From positions 110,856,001-110,920,000 of the forward strand of contig OX597820.1 of the NCBI GenBank assembly GCA_951406725.2: a DNA stretch of 64,000 bases, read 5' to 3'. A model generated the notes under the pieces. It searched no databases. It saw only the letters and a list, made by a program, of their open reading frames with translations, and was not told where the DNA came from. Shown here one piece after another: positions 48,095 to 62,405 of the stretch. Position 1 is the stretch's first letter; each line of letters opens with the position of its first letter. The position numbers and the translations under genes are program-made. This DNA comes from Octopus vulgaris (lineage: Eukaryota).

Positions 48095-48707
48095 TCTAAA
48101 AGAGATATAGACAGTAACTGCTCGATAACATAAGGGACTAAAGCCATCTGAATATGGCTAGGGACAGGGCAGGGTGGTGGGGGTGTTACTGTTGCATTTA
48201 GCCCCAGGCGAACATCGACGTCACCAGAAAGGCTCGACACCGTCACGGTGTCCTTATCCTGCAAAGGGAGGTAATTCCCCGATGAAGCGGAAACCACACA
48301 CGGACCATGGTTTCAAGGTGTATTGCCTATCGTCGGCGTGTGGTAGGCTTCCGCTTCCTCGACGAATTCTCACTCTGCAGGATATTCATATATAGATTTT
48401 CAAGCAAAATATATTTGCTGATTTCGAAAATCTGTTCGAAAGCAATAATAATTCTCTAAAAGAGATATAGACAGTAACTGCTCGATAACATAAGGGACTA
48501 AAGCCATCTGAATATGGCTAGGGACAGGGCAGGGTGGTGGGGGTGTTACTGTTGCATTTAGCCCCAGGCGAACATCGACGTCACCAGAAAGGCTCGACAC
48601 CGTCACGGTGTCCTTATCCTGCAAAGGGAGGTAATTCCCCGATGAAGCGGAAACCACACACGGACCATGGTTTCAAGGTGTATTGCCTATCGTCGGCGTG
48701 TGGTAGG
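48095..48707. repeat. Apparently identical 253-bp direct repeat (period 360) of a structured element
   Basis: 48095-48347 matches 48455-48707; this explains the duplicated ORFs MVSASSGNY and MVGVLLLH. Confidence 0.92.
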
Positions 48708-48769
48708 ATGCCGAGGTGGAAATCCACACCACCATCTCTTCAGTTATCCGGCCATCGGATATATATATA

Positions 48770-48933
48770 GGCGCAGGAGTGGCTGTGTGGTAAGTAGCTT
48801 GTTTACCAACCACATGGTTCCGGGTTCAGTCCCACTGCGTGGCACCTTGGGCAAGTGTCTTCTACTATAGCCTCGGGCCGACCAAAGCCTTGTGAGTGGA
48901 TTTGGTAGACGGAAACTGAAAGAAGCCCGTCGT

Positions 48934-49000
<67 letters not shown>

Positions 49001-49207
49001 CATGTGTGTGTTTGTGTGTCTGTGTTTGTCCCCCTAGCATTGCTTGACAACCGATGGTGGTGTGTTTATGTCCCTGTTACTTAGCGGTTCGGCAATAGAG
49101 ACCGATGGAATAAGTACTGGGCTTGCAAAAGAATAAGTCCCGGGGTCGAGTTGCTCGATTATAGGCGGTGCTCCAGCATGGCCACAGTCAAATGACTGAA
49201 ACAAGTA
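48770..49207 (+). mobile_element. tRNA-derived SINE (third family) with internal microsatellite; further copies ~31175-31330, 44165-44745, 45790-45985, 47851-48015, 49265-49460
   Basis: GGCGCAGGAGTGGCTGTGTGGTAAG...GGGTTCAGTCCC...GAAAGAAGCCCGTCG; tail GGCGGTGCTCCAGCATGGCC. Confidence 0.8.
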
Positions 49208-49245
<38 letters not shown>

Positions 49246-49541
49246 ATACGTGTGTATGCTTTTTTGTGTCTGTGTTTGTCCCCCACCATCGCTTGACAAC
49301 TGATGCTGGTGTGTTTACGTTCCCGTAACTTAGCGGTTCGGCAAAAGAGACCGATAGAATAAGTACTAAGCTTACAAAGAATAAATCCTGGGGTCGATTT
49401 GTTCGACTAAAGGCGGTGCTCCAGCAAGGCCGCAGTTAACTGACTGAAACAAGTAAAAGAATAAAAGAATATATCTGCACATATATATGCATATATATAT
49501 ATATTTGTGCGTCTGTGTTAAATATATAATTAAAGTATGTT

Positions 49542-49590
<49 letters not shown>

Positions 49591-49619
49591 GTACATATAT
49601 GTATACGTACATATATGTA

Positions 49620-49663
<44 letters not shown>

Positions 49664-49729
49664 CATAAATACATACACACATACATACATACATACATAC
49701 ATACATACATACATACATACATACATACA

Positions 49730-49761
<32 letters not shown>

Positions 49762-49837
49762 CTTACATATAAATACTCTATCCTTGTTTGTCCCCTGTGT
49801 GTGTAGCTCCTTGTGGGCAGTAAAGAAATAAGTATAA

Positions 49838-50500
49838 TTACAAAAAGGTTACGGACTTTCCTTGGCGAATCTGATATTGATGCTTCAGTCAATATAAGGT
49901 CCTAATGCTCATCATTTTCTAAAAAAAACCTTGTTGATAGCATGCTTCCCGATAAGTTTCACACACATAACCATTTACCCTCCTCGAATCTTGGAAAAGG
50001 AGCTGTAAGTAGTAGCATTCTTCTTAACTTGCAAGAGCGTCAACCCTACGTTTCCTCTTGTGTCATTTATAGTTTCTCCGGGTGTAATACTTGGGTAATT
50101 GTGAGTAAAGGAGTTTTCTTGCATCTTCATCTACTTGACACAACTTTTAAAAAGGAAGGCAGTAAGAGTTCTTTTGAAGAAAGTGCTTGTTGCATAGCTG
50201 TTTGTTTTGTAAAGATAACTCAGTGGCTGTAATCTAGACGGACTCTCAGATGAATGATGGTTGTGTGCCTCTCATAAATGGGAAAATTGAAGATGTGCCA
50301 AAAAGCCTCATTGGTACTGATGTATCTTCCTCTGTCATACTATGCAACTTCGTCATTTTTATTTATCTGTTGACTGCCATTCTGTATAAGAGTGTATGTT
50401 GCAGCATCTAAACCTTTGTTTATATATTTGCAAACATATTTAAAAGAGTTAACTGAGTAATAGAAGTCAACATTGACTCCGGCTACCTGTACTCGTCTTT
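49838..50500 (-). pseudogene. Helitron Rep/helicase fragment (degenerate)
   Basis: VNVDFYYSVNSFKYVCKYINKG, RYISTNEAFWHIFNFPIYERH, ETYREACYQQG and EASISDSPRKVRNLF match the Helitron Rep-downstream region. Confidence 0.8.
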
Positions 50501-50641
50501 GCTTCACTGTAGAATACTGATCATTTACATATTCGGAAACTTTTTGGAAAATTAAAATGGGGATTATATGAAAAAATGAGTTATGTGAATATCTTCACAA
50601 AAGTGATTGAAATAGATGGCGACTGTGGAACGCCGCACGCA

Positions 50642-50679
<38 letters not shown>

Positions 50680-51345
50680 TACATACAGTATCAAACATCA
50701 GGTAAAATGGACGCGCGCGCGTGTGTGTGAGAGAGAGTGCGAGTGACGGTTTGTGTTGTCATGTAATACGTACATACATAAATAAAAATTCATTTTTTGT
50801 ATGTATGTGTGCGTGTGCGTGTGTGTGTGAGAGAGAGACAGAGAGATTGTTACTTAGACATCACTCTCTCGATCTCTCTCTCACACACATACACACATAC
50901 ACACACATACACACAAACATACACATACATAAATGTATACAAACGTACATACGTATACAGGACAACACACCCTTAAACTAGCACACACACACACACTCTC
51001 TCTCTCTCTCTCTCTCCCACACAATACACACATATATATCCATGTATGTATAATATATATCTATACGTATTGACAAGCACATACACAGAGAGTAATATGT
51101 TTGCAAAGAGAGCACATATAAAGTAAACAATAAGTATTCGAGTATAGATTTTTTCAAAATCATTATTTAATTGTAAACATTACTTCAAATTTTACAGAGA
51201 CCAAGCAATCTTCTGATGTATCGCTGAAGAAAGTTTTTTCCAAAACGTCTTACGTTGTTTGATACTCGACCTAGTTTTTCCCAAGCTCTTCTCTCTCTCT
51301 CACACACACACTCTCTCTCTCACACACACACACACTCTCTCTCTC

Positions 51346-51398
<53 letters not shown>

Positions 51399-51424
51399 GA
51401 TTGATTGATTGATTGATTGATTCC

Positions 51425-51975
51425 AGTTCCAGCCTGTGAGCTGTGGCCATGCTGGGGCACCGCCATTTGGTGTTGCTACTTGGTTTTACTTCATGGGGGC
51501 TTTCTAGCAACTGCTATTTGGTGCATGAGAGAGTTCGATGCAGCTGCCCTCATCTGCCCCTCCTGCCGTGAAGTTGGTTCATCTGGGACACCTGACAGGA
51601 AGAGATCCAGCTTCATTTTAAAGACATCTGTATCCACCCCATGCAGGTCTCTCAGGTTCTTCGGGAGGATATTGAAGAGCTGTGGGCCTCGGAAGCCCAG
51701 GCTATCACAGAATCTTGTCCTACATCTTGATGGCAGGTTTGGAGTCCTAGGCACCACGCAGTGGCGCCCAGTTCTGGCATTTGTGTAACTCTCGATGCCA
51801 AAGTTCAGGACACTTCCCTCCAGGATCTTCCAGATGTATATTATGGCATATCTTTCCCGCCTACGCTCCAGGGAGTATAATTTTAATCTCTTGAGTCTTT
51901 CCCAGTAGCTTACATTCTGCATAGAGGCTATCTTCTTTGTGTAGCTTCGTTGGATCGCCTCAAGTTCTGTGATCA
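51425..51975 (-). mobile_element. CR1/L2-group LINE 3' fragment (relative of 836-2295)
   Basis: ORF 51491-51976: ELEAIQRSYTKKI...SLERRRERY...GVPDEPTSRQE. Confidence 0.9.
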
Positions 51976-51977
51976 AC

Positions 51978-52035
<58 letters not shown>

Positions 52036-52198
52036 CGACTGCTTTCAGTTTTCATCTACCAAATACACTTTTAGTCGACTCGGGTTTATAGTGAGAAGGT
52101 GCCATGCAGTAGGTCAACCCGCAAAAATGTAGTTGGGAAGTAAAGTTCTTACAACACACCCACAAACCTGCGCTATCTCCCCCCTCTCTCTCTCTTTC

Positions 52199-52259
<61 letters not shown>

Positions 52260-52705
52260 ATATGTGTAGCGGGAATATTTAGCAATCAAATCACTATATC
52301 CCATGTCGCGATTCGCTAGATTATTACCCACGTCACATAAAACGTCTGATAATCAAAATTTCGCGTGGAACCGAATCGAACAACAGATTCATCTTTTGGC
52401 ACGCTTCTTTTTGAGCCTAACCACCACTATATATTCAGTGCACCTTAACTACTTAGATAGCATAAAGAGACAGCGGACAGACAGCAACTGACCCAAGCCG
52501 AAAACACAAAACAATGAACAGGCGGTGAACGAGGGACATTAGAAGATAGTAGCACGACCATTAGCTAACCCCCTTTTTCTGCTGCTACAATCACACCTAT
52601 CCAACAACAATTATCTTCAAACTCCATCGATGTTTTGTCGTTCGTAGCAAATATCAGTGTTCTTTTTCATAGCATAAATATGTATGTATGTATGTATGTA
52701 TGTAT

Positions 52706-52782
<77 letters not shown>

Positions 52783-52882
52783 CATGAAGTGTATTAAAGA
52801 AGTGTGTTCCTATAGAAACTCAAGAAACAATTAAAGATGAGGGAGAGAAGGTGTTATAAGTTTTTTAAAACATTTAATCCAT

Positions 52883-52982
52883 GCATACGATCGTTTCGAA
52901 CAGTAATATTAACATGTAAATAACATGGTAAAAAATTAATTTAATTATAATTAAATTAATTACATATTGCTGTTCTCAGTAC
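52883..52982 (-). ncRNA. Degenerate hammerhead-like motif
   Basis: rc: GTA-CTGAGA-ACAGCAATAT...ATATTACTGTTC-GAAAC-GATC-GTA-TGC; core one nt short; palindrome ACGATCGT. Confidence 0.5.
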
Positions 52983-53033
52983 GAAAATATATAAAAAATA
53001 CATCAGAAGAATGTTATACTGTTACAACATTTC

Positions 53034-53102
<69 letters not shown>

Positions 53103-53208
53103 GTGTGAGTGTGTGTGTATTTATGCATCGTCTTCAGAGGAACGTGGTTTAAGCTACTTAGAATAAAGAACTCAATACACGAGTTTCAGTTGGTTTAGTC
53201 AACAATCA

Positions 53209-53258
53209 TGAGTTCCTGAAGAGCCCTGTGAGGAAACAAATATATTTTGTTGAACTCA
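53209..53258 (+). ncRNA. Type-I hammerhead-like motif with weak stem II
   Basis: TGAGTTC-CTGAAGA-GCCCTGTGAG-GAAAC-AAATATATTTT-GTT-GAACTCA; perfect 7-bp stem I. Confidence 0.55.
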
Positions 53259-53290
53259 CAGTTTGTGGATTAAATCTGAATACACACACA

Positions 53291-53355
<65 letters not shown>

Positions 53356-54029
53356 TGCACATATATATGCATATAAGAATTTTTAAACTTCGCGAGACAT
53401 GAAATAAATCTAACTCGAAGTAGATAAGCTTTATAAAATAACCTGTAAATACACATATGGTGATTACTCCATCTTCAAAGACGATTGTCGCATCCTCGTG
53501 CTTCCTCGTTGTCAATGGCATTTATGATATTCCATCAATGACCTTTCAGACGACTGTTCAGTCTCGCCGCAGATCTGCATGCCTTAAAGCCTAGGTGTCT
53601 AAAGAAAGTTGTACTGTGCGCTTCCAACTGGTTAGGTTTCCACACGCCACCACTCTTCCATCCCCATAGGATTTTTAGTAGATGGAAAGACAAAGGTGGT
53701 CACCATCAAGAGACATCTGTACATCATTGAATTATGGTGATATACGCTTGCACAAGAGTATCAATCTCTGAGTCTTTATGATTAGTTCCTGGTGACAGGC
53801 TGAAGCAAGATGACCAGTAATCACGTGAAACCGCAGATTTTACCATACAATGTCCCACTCCTACAATGATTTTGTGACAACAGCTAGGGTTCCTTCACTG
53901 CCGATGGTTTAAATGCACGCTCTGACACCAACCAAAGGTATTTCTGCATCTCCACGCTCAAATACATACACATGCATACATACATACATACATACATACA
54001 TACATACATACATACATACATACATACAT

Positions 54030-54060
<31 letters not shown>

Positions 54061-54479
54061 TGCAGACATACATACATACATACATACATACATACATACA
54101 TACATGCATGCATGCATACATACATACATTCATACATACATACATACATACATGCATTCATACATACATACATACATACATACATACATGCATACATACA
54201 TGCATACATACATTTCATATATGTAGTTACTTCTGCAGCATGGTTTCCTGTAAGTAACTAGGAATTCGGATACTGTTGTCTTGAACAAATTTTTTCGTAG
54301 AATATTGAAACAAAAGACAAGATACTGTGCCTAATACGTGATACACGATGTGACCGTTGCTGTTTTGTTGTCCCGAAAAGAGACAGCAAAATATAATACT
54401 ACATCAGAAAGTTGATAACTTTTCCATTCACTATATTACTATTGGCGTAGTGTGGTTTATGATCTGATAGTTCCTAGTC

Positions 54480-54518
<39 letters not shown>

Positions 54519-54530
54519 GGTATATATATG

Positions 54531-54565
<35 letters not shown>

Positions 54566-54568
54566 ATA

Positions 54569-54605
<37 letters not shown>

Positions 54606-54607
<2 letters not shown>

Positions 54608-55131
54608 AAACTTAGAAGACTGACCACTAAAAGAGGACAGCCTATACGCTAGATATAGACGTCAAAATCGCCATTTTCCACGAAGAATTTGTTCTCAAGA
54701 AAAAAACTCAGCAAAAAACCAAAGCGTAAAAATAAGCAAGACAAATGAAAATATACGAAATAAAAAACGATTAACAATGTGCTAATTAGTTTCACTTGTT
54801 AATATTTACGTATATGGACACGCAAACATTTGCAAGATCATCAACGTTCTGTATCTAGTTTGGAAATTGTGTTTTATAAACGCCAGACTATGCTGATGAT
54901 CTTGCAGATGTTTACGTGTCCATATACGTAAATATTAACAAGTGAAACTAATTAGTACATAGGTAATCGTTTTTTGATTCCGTATATTTTCATTTGTCTT
55001 GCTTATTTTTACGCTTTGGTTTTTTGCTGAGTTTTTTCTTGAGAATAAATTCTTCGTGGAAAATGGTGATTTTGATGTCTATATCTAGCGTATAGGCTGT
55101 TCACTTTTAGTGGTCAGTCCTCTAAATTTTG
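54606..55131. repeat. ~240-bp imperfect inverted repeat containing mirror hammerheads, in (TA)n
   Basis: Arms 54606-54843 and 54893-55131, with roughly 15 substitutions by eye. Confidence 0.9.
54888..54962 (+). ncRNA. Type-I hammerhead ribozyme candidate
   Basis: CTATG-CTGATGA-long stem II (ATGTTTACGT/ACGTAAATAT)-GAAAC-TAATTA-GTA^CATAG; palindrome ACTAATTAGT. Confidence 0.7.
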
Positions 55132-55222
55132 TATGTAAGAACTTTTTAATCTTGGGAGTTTTTTAAAAACATGCTATGTCACTGGTTTTAATTGATTAAT
55201 ATCAATTTCTACCCTTATTTAA

Positions 55223-55277
<55 letters not shown>

Positions 55278-55458
55278 AAAAGATTGAAGATAAAATGTAC
55301 GTTAGATTTTATCAGGTAGCTAGCATGCAATCAACTGGTTAAGATAAAATTAATCAATTTATAAATTACCGTATAAGAATATATATCATGGGCGAACACG
55401 TACGTATACGAGTCCAACTGCTTGCTAGAAGGAGACGCCAATGTCTGAAAACTACTTA

Positions 55459-55490
<32 letters not shown>

Positions 55491-56039
55491 ATGCATATAT
55501 ATATACATTACAACCGCCTTAAACTATTAACGTACGGGATAGCTATGTCAAGAGAGACAATGCAATATCGATACACTCAACCGTATGTTTTTCTAAATGT
55601 GCTTCGTGAATGATCTAGTGATTTCTTTGCAGTGGTGTTTGAAAGAGCTCATATGTTGTTATAAACGGCTCTTAAATGAGTTTACTATCAAGCCAACCTA
55701 AAATACAGAATTTTCGTCTTTTTTTTTTATTTTAGTGATCTCATATACGATGCAGTTACTTATGCAGCTGTTACTCATGAGACGTAACTCAGTGTTTTTA
55801 CAATTATAGTTATTTTCTGTTTTATGTTATTTTGAAAGATCCTGTGGTAATGGTGGAATGATTTTCTTATAGAAGGTCTATTGAATAACTTGCTTTTGTA
55901 GTGTTCGTCTTGAACAAAAAACTGTAATAATTGAAACTCCTTTGGAATGAAAAATTTTCAGTTAGTTTGGATCAAAGTTGCAATAAAAGCGCATGTGAAA
56001 ACGAAGAGTGTTAATCTATATGCAAGAAGGAAAGAAGAA

Positions 56040-56330
56040 GAAAGTGAAACTGGAAGGGAAACAAACAAAAATGTTTTCTGAATGGTTTAATAGGTTTGGA
56101 TAATGTCTAGAATCTATAACATGAGGATCGCAGGGGGAAAAGTGACAAGTATCGCGTCAGATATCCAGCAGAATGGAAAGAAATATTGAAGTCAGTGGTT
56201 ATATTGACAAACAAATGATGGATATTGACCAAACAGGCAACTCACTTGACGAAGGAAAAAAGATTGCCGCCTTCCAAGTGACTAATGATCAGTCAACATT
56301 TTCCTCAGGTGTAAATGCTATCGGGTGTTT
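56040..56330 (+). pseudogene. pogo/Tigger-like transposase remnant
   Basis: EWFNRF...IYNMRIAG...YPAEWKEIL...SGYIDKQMMDIDQTG resembles Tigger GWFxRF...GY..EQVFNxDETG; heavily frameshifted. Confidence 0.4.
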
Positions 56331-56500
56331 ATAATTGAAAATCATTTTAATCTACCGATCAGAAAACATATCTTAAAAGGTTCTGCAAGCATTATTTTCT
56401 ACCACTTTATTTTGTAAAATCCAAGGCCGATTCAAATGGTGTTTCTGTCTCGGGGCAAAAATATGGTGCAAGTATATAAATAATATATAAATAATATATA

Positions 56501-56572
<72 letters not shown>

Positions 56573-56739
56573 ATACACACACACATACATATATATATAT
56601 TTCCATATATACACATACACATATATATATGCAGTAATGTTTTAGGACATTCAATGGTACGCTATAATCAATGTCAAGATGGTAAGGTGGTATACAGCAT
56701 CCTTCTTATCAACAATGGGTTAACGAGTGATAGCAATAT

Positions 56740-56813
<74 letters not shown>

Positions 56814-56854
56814 TTATTACAACAACAATAATAATGATGATGATGATGATGATG

Positions 56855-56929
<75 letters not shown>

Positions 56930-56932
<3 letters not shown>

Positions 56933-57305
56933 TTAGGACTAGGAAAGTACTTTGAAACAAAGAGTCGATGATTACTGCATGTAGTAGAGCCACACGGGAA
57001 AGAGAAAACACTTTTCTCTATACACAAGGAAGCGACAAAGTACAAAATAGAAACAAACTACACTGACACACTGACCTCAGATGACAACATGGCAGAAATG
57101 GTCAGAGAGACAAGAAACAACATGAAAACTGAATTACAAAGGACACTGAAGAAGAAATGGAGAGAAAAGTCACTTCATCGCCAGTACCCTGCAAGGTTTG
57201 ACAGAGAGGAAGTGAGCCTAAATAAAAGCCAAGAACGGCTCAAAACCTCTGGACTAAAAGCTGAAACGGAAGGACTGATTCTCGCTGCAAAGACCAATGC
57301 CTGAC
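56930..57305 (+). mobile_element. R4/Dong-type LINE internal fragment after (TAA)n; related to 63700-64000
   Basis: LGLGKYFETK...KKWREKSLHRQYP...SGLKAETEGLILAA. Confidence 0.75.
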
Positions 57306-57309
57306 TACA

Positions 57310-58040
57310 ATGTCGAAAACTTTTTTGGTAACCATGGATGTGTCTTCCCTATATTCCAATATTGACCACGATGAAAGGGTAGAAATATGCATGAATGACT
57401 TCGAAAAGCGGTCAAACAAAAGCATTCCAACTAATTTTCTGAAGTAAAAGTAACACAAGGCAGTTTGGACGAAAGATTTTAACAGTAGACGAGGAATTGC
57501 GCCATGGCAGTTAATTTCGCTAACGTCTTCATGACGAAATTCGGGACACACTTACTGAAGACATTCAAACCCCTACATGGTCATGAACCAATACTCTGGT
57601 TACGGTTCATTGATGACGTCTTTTTTGTCTGGGAATGATCACAGGATAGTTTAATTGACTTCTTGCATTTCTCTGACTGTTATGCTAAAACTTATAGCTT
57701 TAAGTCCAACATAAAATTTACGTCTAGTTTTTCAAAAACTAGCCTTAAATTTTTGGATACAAAAGTTAGATTTTCTGGAGGCAGAAAACTTAACTTAACG
57801 AAAAAAGCTTATCGCCATTCCACATTTACCTCCACCGCCGCTTTGATCATCCACATCATATAATTCTGTCAAATCCAAAATCCTAATTTTGCGGGATAAA
57901 ACGTATTTGTACTGAAAAGGGGATTACTGGTAACATGTAAATGCTTTTGTACACCATTATATCAAATGCAGTTACAGTGAATCACGATTAAAGGAAATGG
58001 AAAAAGACATAGCTAAGATTAGCAAAGAAAGTCAAACTTT
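57310..58040 (+). pseudogene. Degenerate Penelope-like RT fragment
   Basis: FLVTMDVSSLYSNIDH, NFANVFM, WLRFIDDVFFVW, IKFTSSFS..LKFLD. Confidence 0.75.
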
Positions 58041-58059
58041 TACGCATAATTTTAGCAAA

Positions 58060-58395
58060 CTCCGCCATCCGCCGTCATATGTGATCCCAGATACTTAACA
58101 ACACTCACCTTCTCTAACATTTCACCATTTATACTCACATCCATCCTACAAGCTATTCGATCTCTCGAACATCTCATCATCTTACTCTTAGCTACATTTC
58201 CTCCTATCACACACTCTTTCAAACTCTGCCACCAGTCTCCTTAGTTGCTCTTCCGAATCCGCCACCAGTACTGTTTCATCAGCGAACAACAACTGACTCA
58301 CCTGCCATTTCTCTCCATTTTCTCCCATCATTTGGACTTCCCTATAAAAGGTTCTAGGATTTACTTCTCTCACCACTATGGATGGTATGGTGAGA
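58060..58395 (-). mobile_element. RTE-group RT fragment
   Basis: VSQLLFADETVLVADSEEQLRRLVAEFERVCDRRK. Confidence 0.7.
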
Positions 58396-58399
58396 AAGG

Positions 58400-59006
<607 letters not shown>

Positions 59007-59008
59007 TA

Positions 59009-59548
59009 GTTGTTGAAGGTAAAGATGTCACCATCCTCTGGGATTTTCCAGTCAACACTGACAGAACGATCAAGGCTAATCGACCAGACATAATTGTTAA
59101 AGACAGGGAAGAAAATACCTGCAGACTAATAGAAGTAAGCGTCCCCACTGATAAAAATGTATCTGTCAAGGAATTTGACAAACTTAGTAAATATAAGGAC
59201 CTGGAAATCGAAATACAGAGGATGTGGAATCTTAAAACAAAAACTGTTCCTGTTATTGTAGGTGCCCTAGGTATGATAAAAAAGGGATGTCAGAAACACC
59301 TAGACAATATCCCTGGAAAACCATGTCTCAAGGAAATCCAAAAGATTGTGCTAACAAGTACTGCCCATCTCCTTAGAAAAACCCTATCAATGTAAATGTT
59401 TGTGTTTGTATTACATGGAGATATTTCTCTACTTCCCCTCCCCAAGCTTTCAGCTATATTTCAACAACTCTTAACCTTCACTTGCCCTAGGGCGCTGGGT
59501 GTGCCCCGGCAGGTGATTGTATCAAACATGCAGATTAAAAGTAAATGA
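59009..59548 (+). mobile_element. R4/Dong-type 3' fragment in (TAA)n
   Basis: VTILWDFPVNTDRTIKANRPDIIVKD...IEVSVPTD...VPVIVGALG...LRKTLSM*. Confidence 0.85.
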
Positions 59549-59552
59549 CAAC

Positions 59553-59826
<274 letters not shown>

Positions 59827-59849
59827 TTTTATAATGATTTTTAATTGCA

Positions 59850-60585
59850 GCACAAGACCAAAGCCTCCCCACCAGAAATTACCAAAAACATGTAATGAAA
59901 AGAAATATTACAAGTAACTGCAGATTATGTGGAGATGGACAAGAAACAATAAATCATATTATCTCTAGCTGCCCAGTCCTAGCTAAGAAGGAATATATTC
60001 ACAGACATGACAGAGTTGGAACATACATACATTGGAAGCTATGCCAACATTATGGAATAACAACAGAAAAAAGATGGTATAGGCACACACCAGAAAAGGT
60101 CACAGAAAACGAGAAAGCAACCATACTCTGGGATATGCCGATACACACAGATAGAGAAATTAAGGCCAACAGACCAGATATAATTGTCAGAGATCATGAA
60201 GAAAAAAATGCTTTCTAATTGATGTATCAATACCGGCAGATGACAACGTGTCTCTAAAAGAAATGGAGAAACTCTCAAAATACAAAGACCTGGAAATAGA
60301 GGTAACTAGAATGTGGAATCTGAAAACAGAAACAATTCCTATCATAGTAGGTGCATTAGGCATGATAAAAAAATATTCAGATAAATACATAACAAAAACA
60401 CCAGGACTTACAAACACATATAACATACAGAAAATTGCACTACTAGGCACTGCACACATCCTACGCAGAACACTCACCATACAATAACCATCAGAGCATC
60501 ACGACAAATCACAGCACATACCCAAGGCACACAGAGCTGCGCTCGGTAGTGAAGTGAAAGCACGCTATAAAAATAAAACTACTGA
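59850..60585 (+). mobile_element. R4/Dong-type 3' fragment (CCHC + RLE) in (TAA)n
   Basis: CRLCGDGQETINHIISSC, RHDRVG, RPDIIVRD; one frameshift. Confidence 0.88.
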
Positions 60586-60603
60586 ATAATAATAATAATA
60601 ATG

Positions 60604-60704
<101 letters not shown>

Positions 60705-60829
60705 CCTTTCTACTATGGATATAGAAATTTTGTGATAGTTGATTATATTGATCCTAGTACTTGACTGGTACTTATTTCATCGGCTCCGAAAAGGATGAAA
60801 AGTCCAAGTCAACCTCGGCGATAAATTCA

Positions 60830-61690
60830 AGATGGAACTGATACGGAACTGGAATCGTGAACTGGACAGAAAGTGACATATAGAAACTTGATATAAAACG
60901 AGAAAGCTGTTAACTATGTATGGGGCCCACCATCAGAAAGCTGATATTAACTGGGTGGAGGGGGCTTAGTCATGATGTGGAAAAGTTTGCACAGATGAAA
61001 CGAAAAAGCACAGAGAATCAGACAAACTTGCAAACAAACAACTTGAGAAAAAATATATATGGTGCGAAGGTGTAAGCAAAATGTAGAGCATGTGGAATTT
61101 GGGATAAAACAATGACACACATTGTTGCAGAATGCCTCAAGTTGGCCTAGGAAGAATACAAGAATTGAAGGCATGCCCAATTTGTGAAAGTTTTGCACCG
61201 GATGTTTTGTTATAAATGGGGGTTGAAGCTGGAAGGACTTGGTATATAGTCATCGAATAGAAAGAGTCTTGAGCCGGAAAATGAAACATTTTATAAGATT
61301 TTCCAATTCAAACGAATAAGAAAATAGAACTTAGCAAGCCAGGTGCAATAATAGATAAGGAAAAGCAAATTTGCTTACTGATTGATCCAGCATATCCATT
61401 TAATTCCAGGATTGTGAAGAAAGATGAACTGTTAAAAAATACAGTCCCTTAAAATGGTTGTACCCGTAACAGATTGTGACTTAAGGATTGTAAGTAATGA
61501 CATAGACAAATGGTTATAGAAGATTGGATTGGAATGTCCTGTAGAACGTCTCCAGAAGGTTTGCCTCTTAGGAACAGTAAAAAGCATCAGAAGGGTTTTG
61601 AGCATTTGACGGCTTATTGAAATCATGTAGATACCTAAGGTTGCAAGAAGAAACTCGATGCCTACATAAATTCTACTAGAGATAAGTCCG
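60830..61690 (+). mobile_element. Old RLE-type LINE remnant
   Basis: THIVAEC, DFPIQTNKKIE, LLIDPAYPF and RLQKVCLLGTVKSIRRVL-like segments. Confidence 0.6.
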
Positions 61691-62122
61691 ATACTGAGTC
61701 AAGCGGTACCAGACAGTGGCCCTCATGGCTTTGATCTTAAATGATTGGAAATGTTATCATGTACATGTTTTGTCTTGGTATAAAAGATGGGCTACAGCAA
61801 ATATTCGCCCAATACCATAGATTTGTTTATCAGTTGTTTCACCTTAACCAGTCGAGCATGTCCTTTTGTGGCAAACGATTTGTACATCTTTGATCATGAA
61901 CAGAAGTAATGGGAAAATATCATAGCCATGTGTTGTGAGGAATTCTTTGGGATTTAAATAATTCACGTTTGGAAACATGTCACGCACATATGGTTTTGAT
62001 GCATGAGCCTAATGTACCCTTATCAGACGTGTAGTCATGATAGGTATACTGAGCTTCGTGTATTTTACCCCAGTGTTACTTTGATTGCATGCCTTGCTCT
62101 CTCAATAATAATAATAATAATA

Positions 62123-62160
<38 letters not shown>

Positions 62161-62192
62161 ATAATAATAATAATAATAATGATGATGATGAT

Positions 62193-62271
<79 letters not shown>

Positions 62272-62405
62272 GCAACAGGGGGAAACGATTATTCTTACAA
62301 GCTTATGCAAGTCTCAGAGCGAGTAGCAGAAATCAGTCATCTTCATTTACATCTGGAAATAAAATAGCAGACAGTAGAGGTCAGAGAATTGATGGGCTTG
62401 TACGC

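Noticed and set aside
52450-52540. Minus-strand PPVHCFVFSAWVSCCLSAVSLCYL as the upstream CD225 exon
   Set aside because: Lacks the P-x-G-x-x-A motif; donor A|GTAGTT is weak; no acceptor identified.
53460-53960. Possible degenerate RLE-type LINE C-terminus
   Set aside because: No continuous recognisable motif in any frame.
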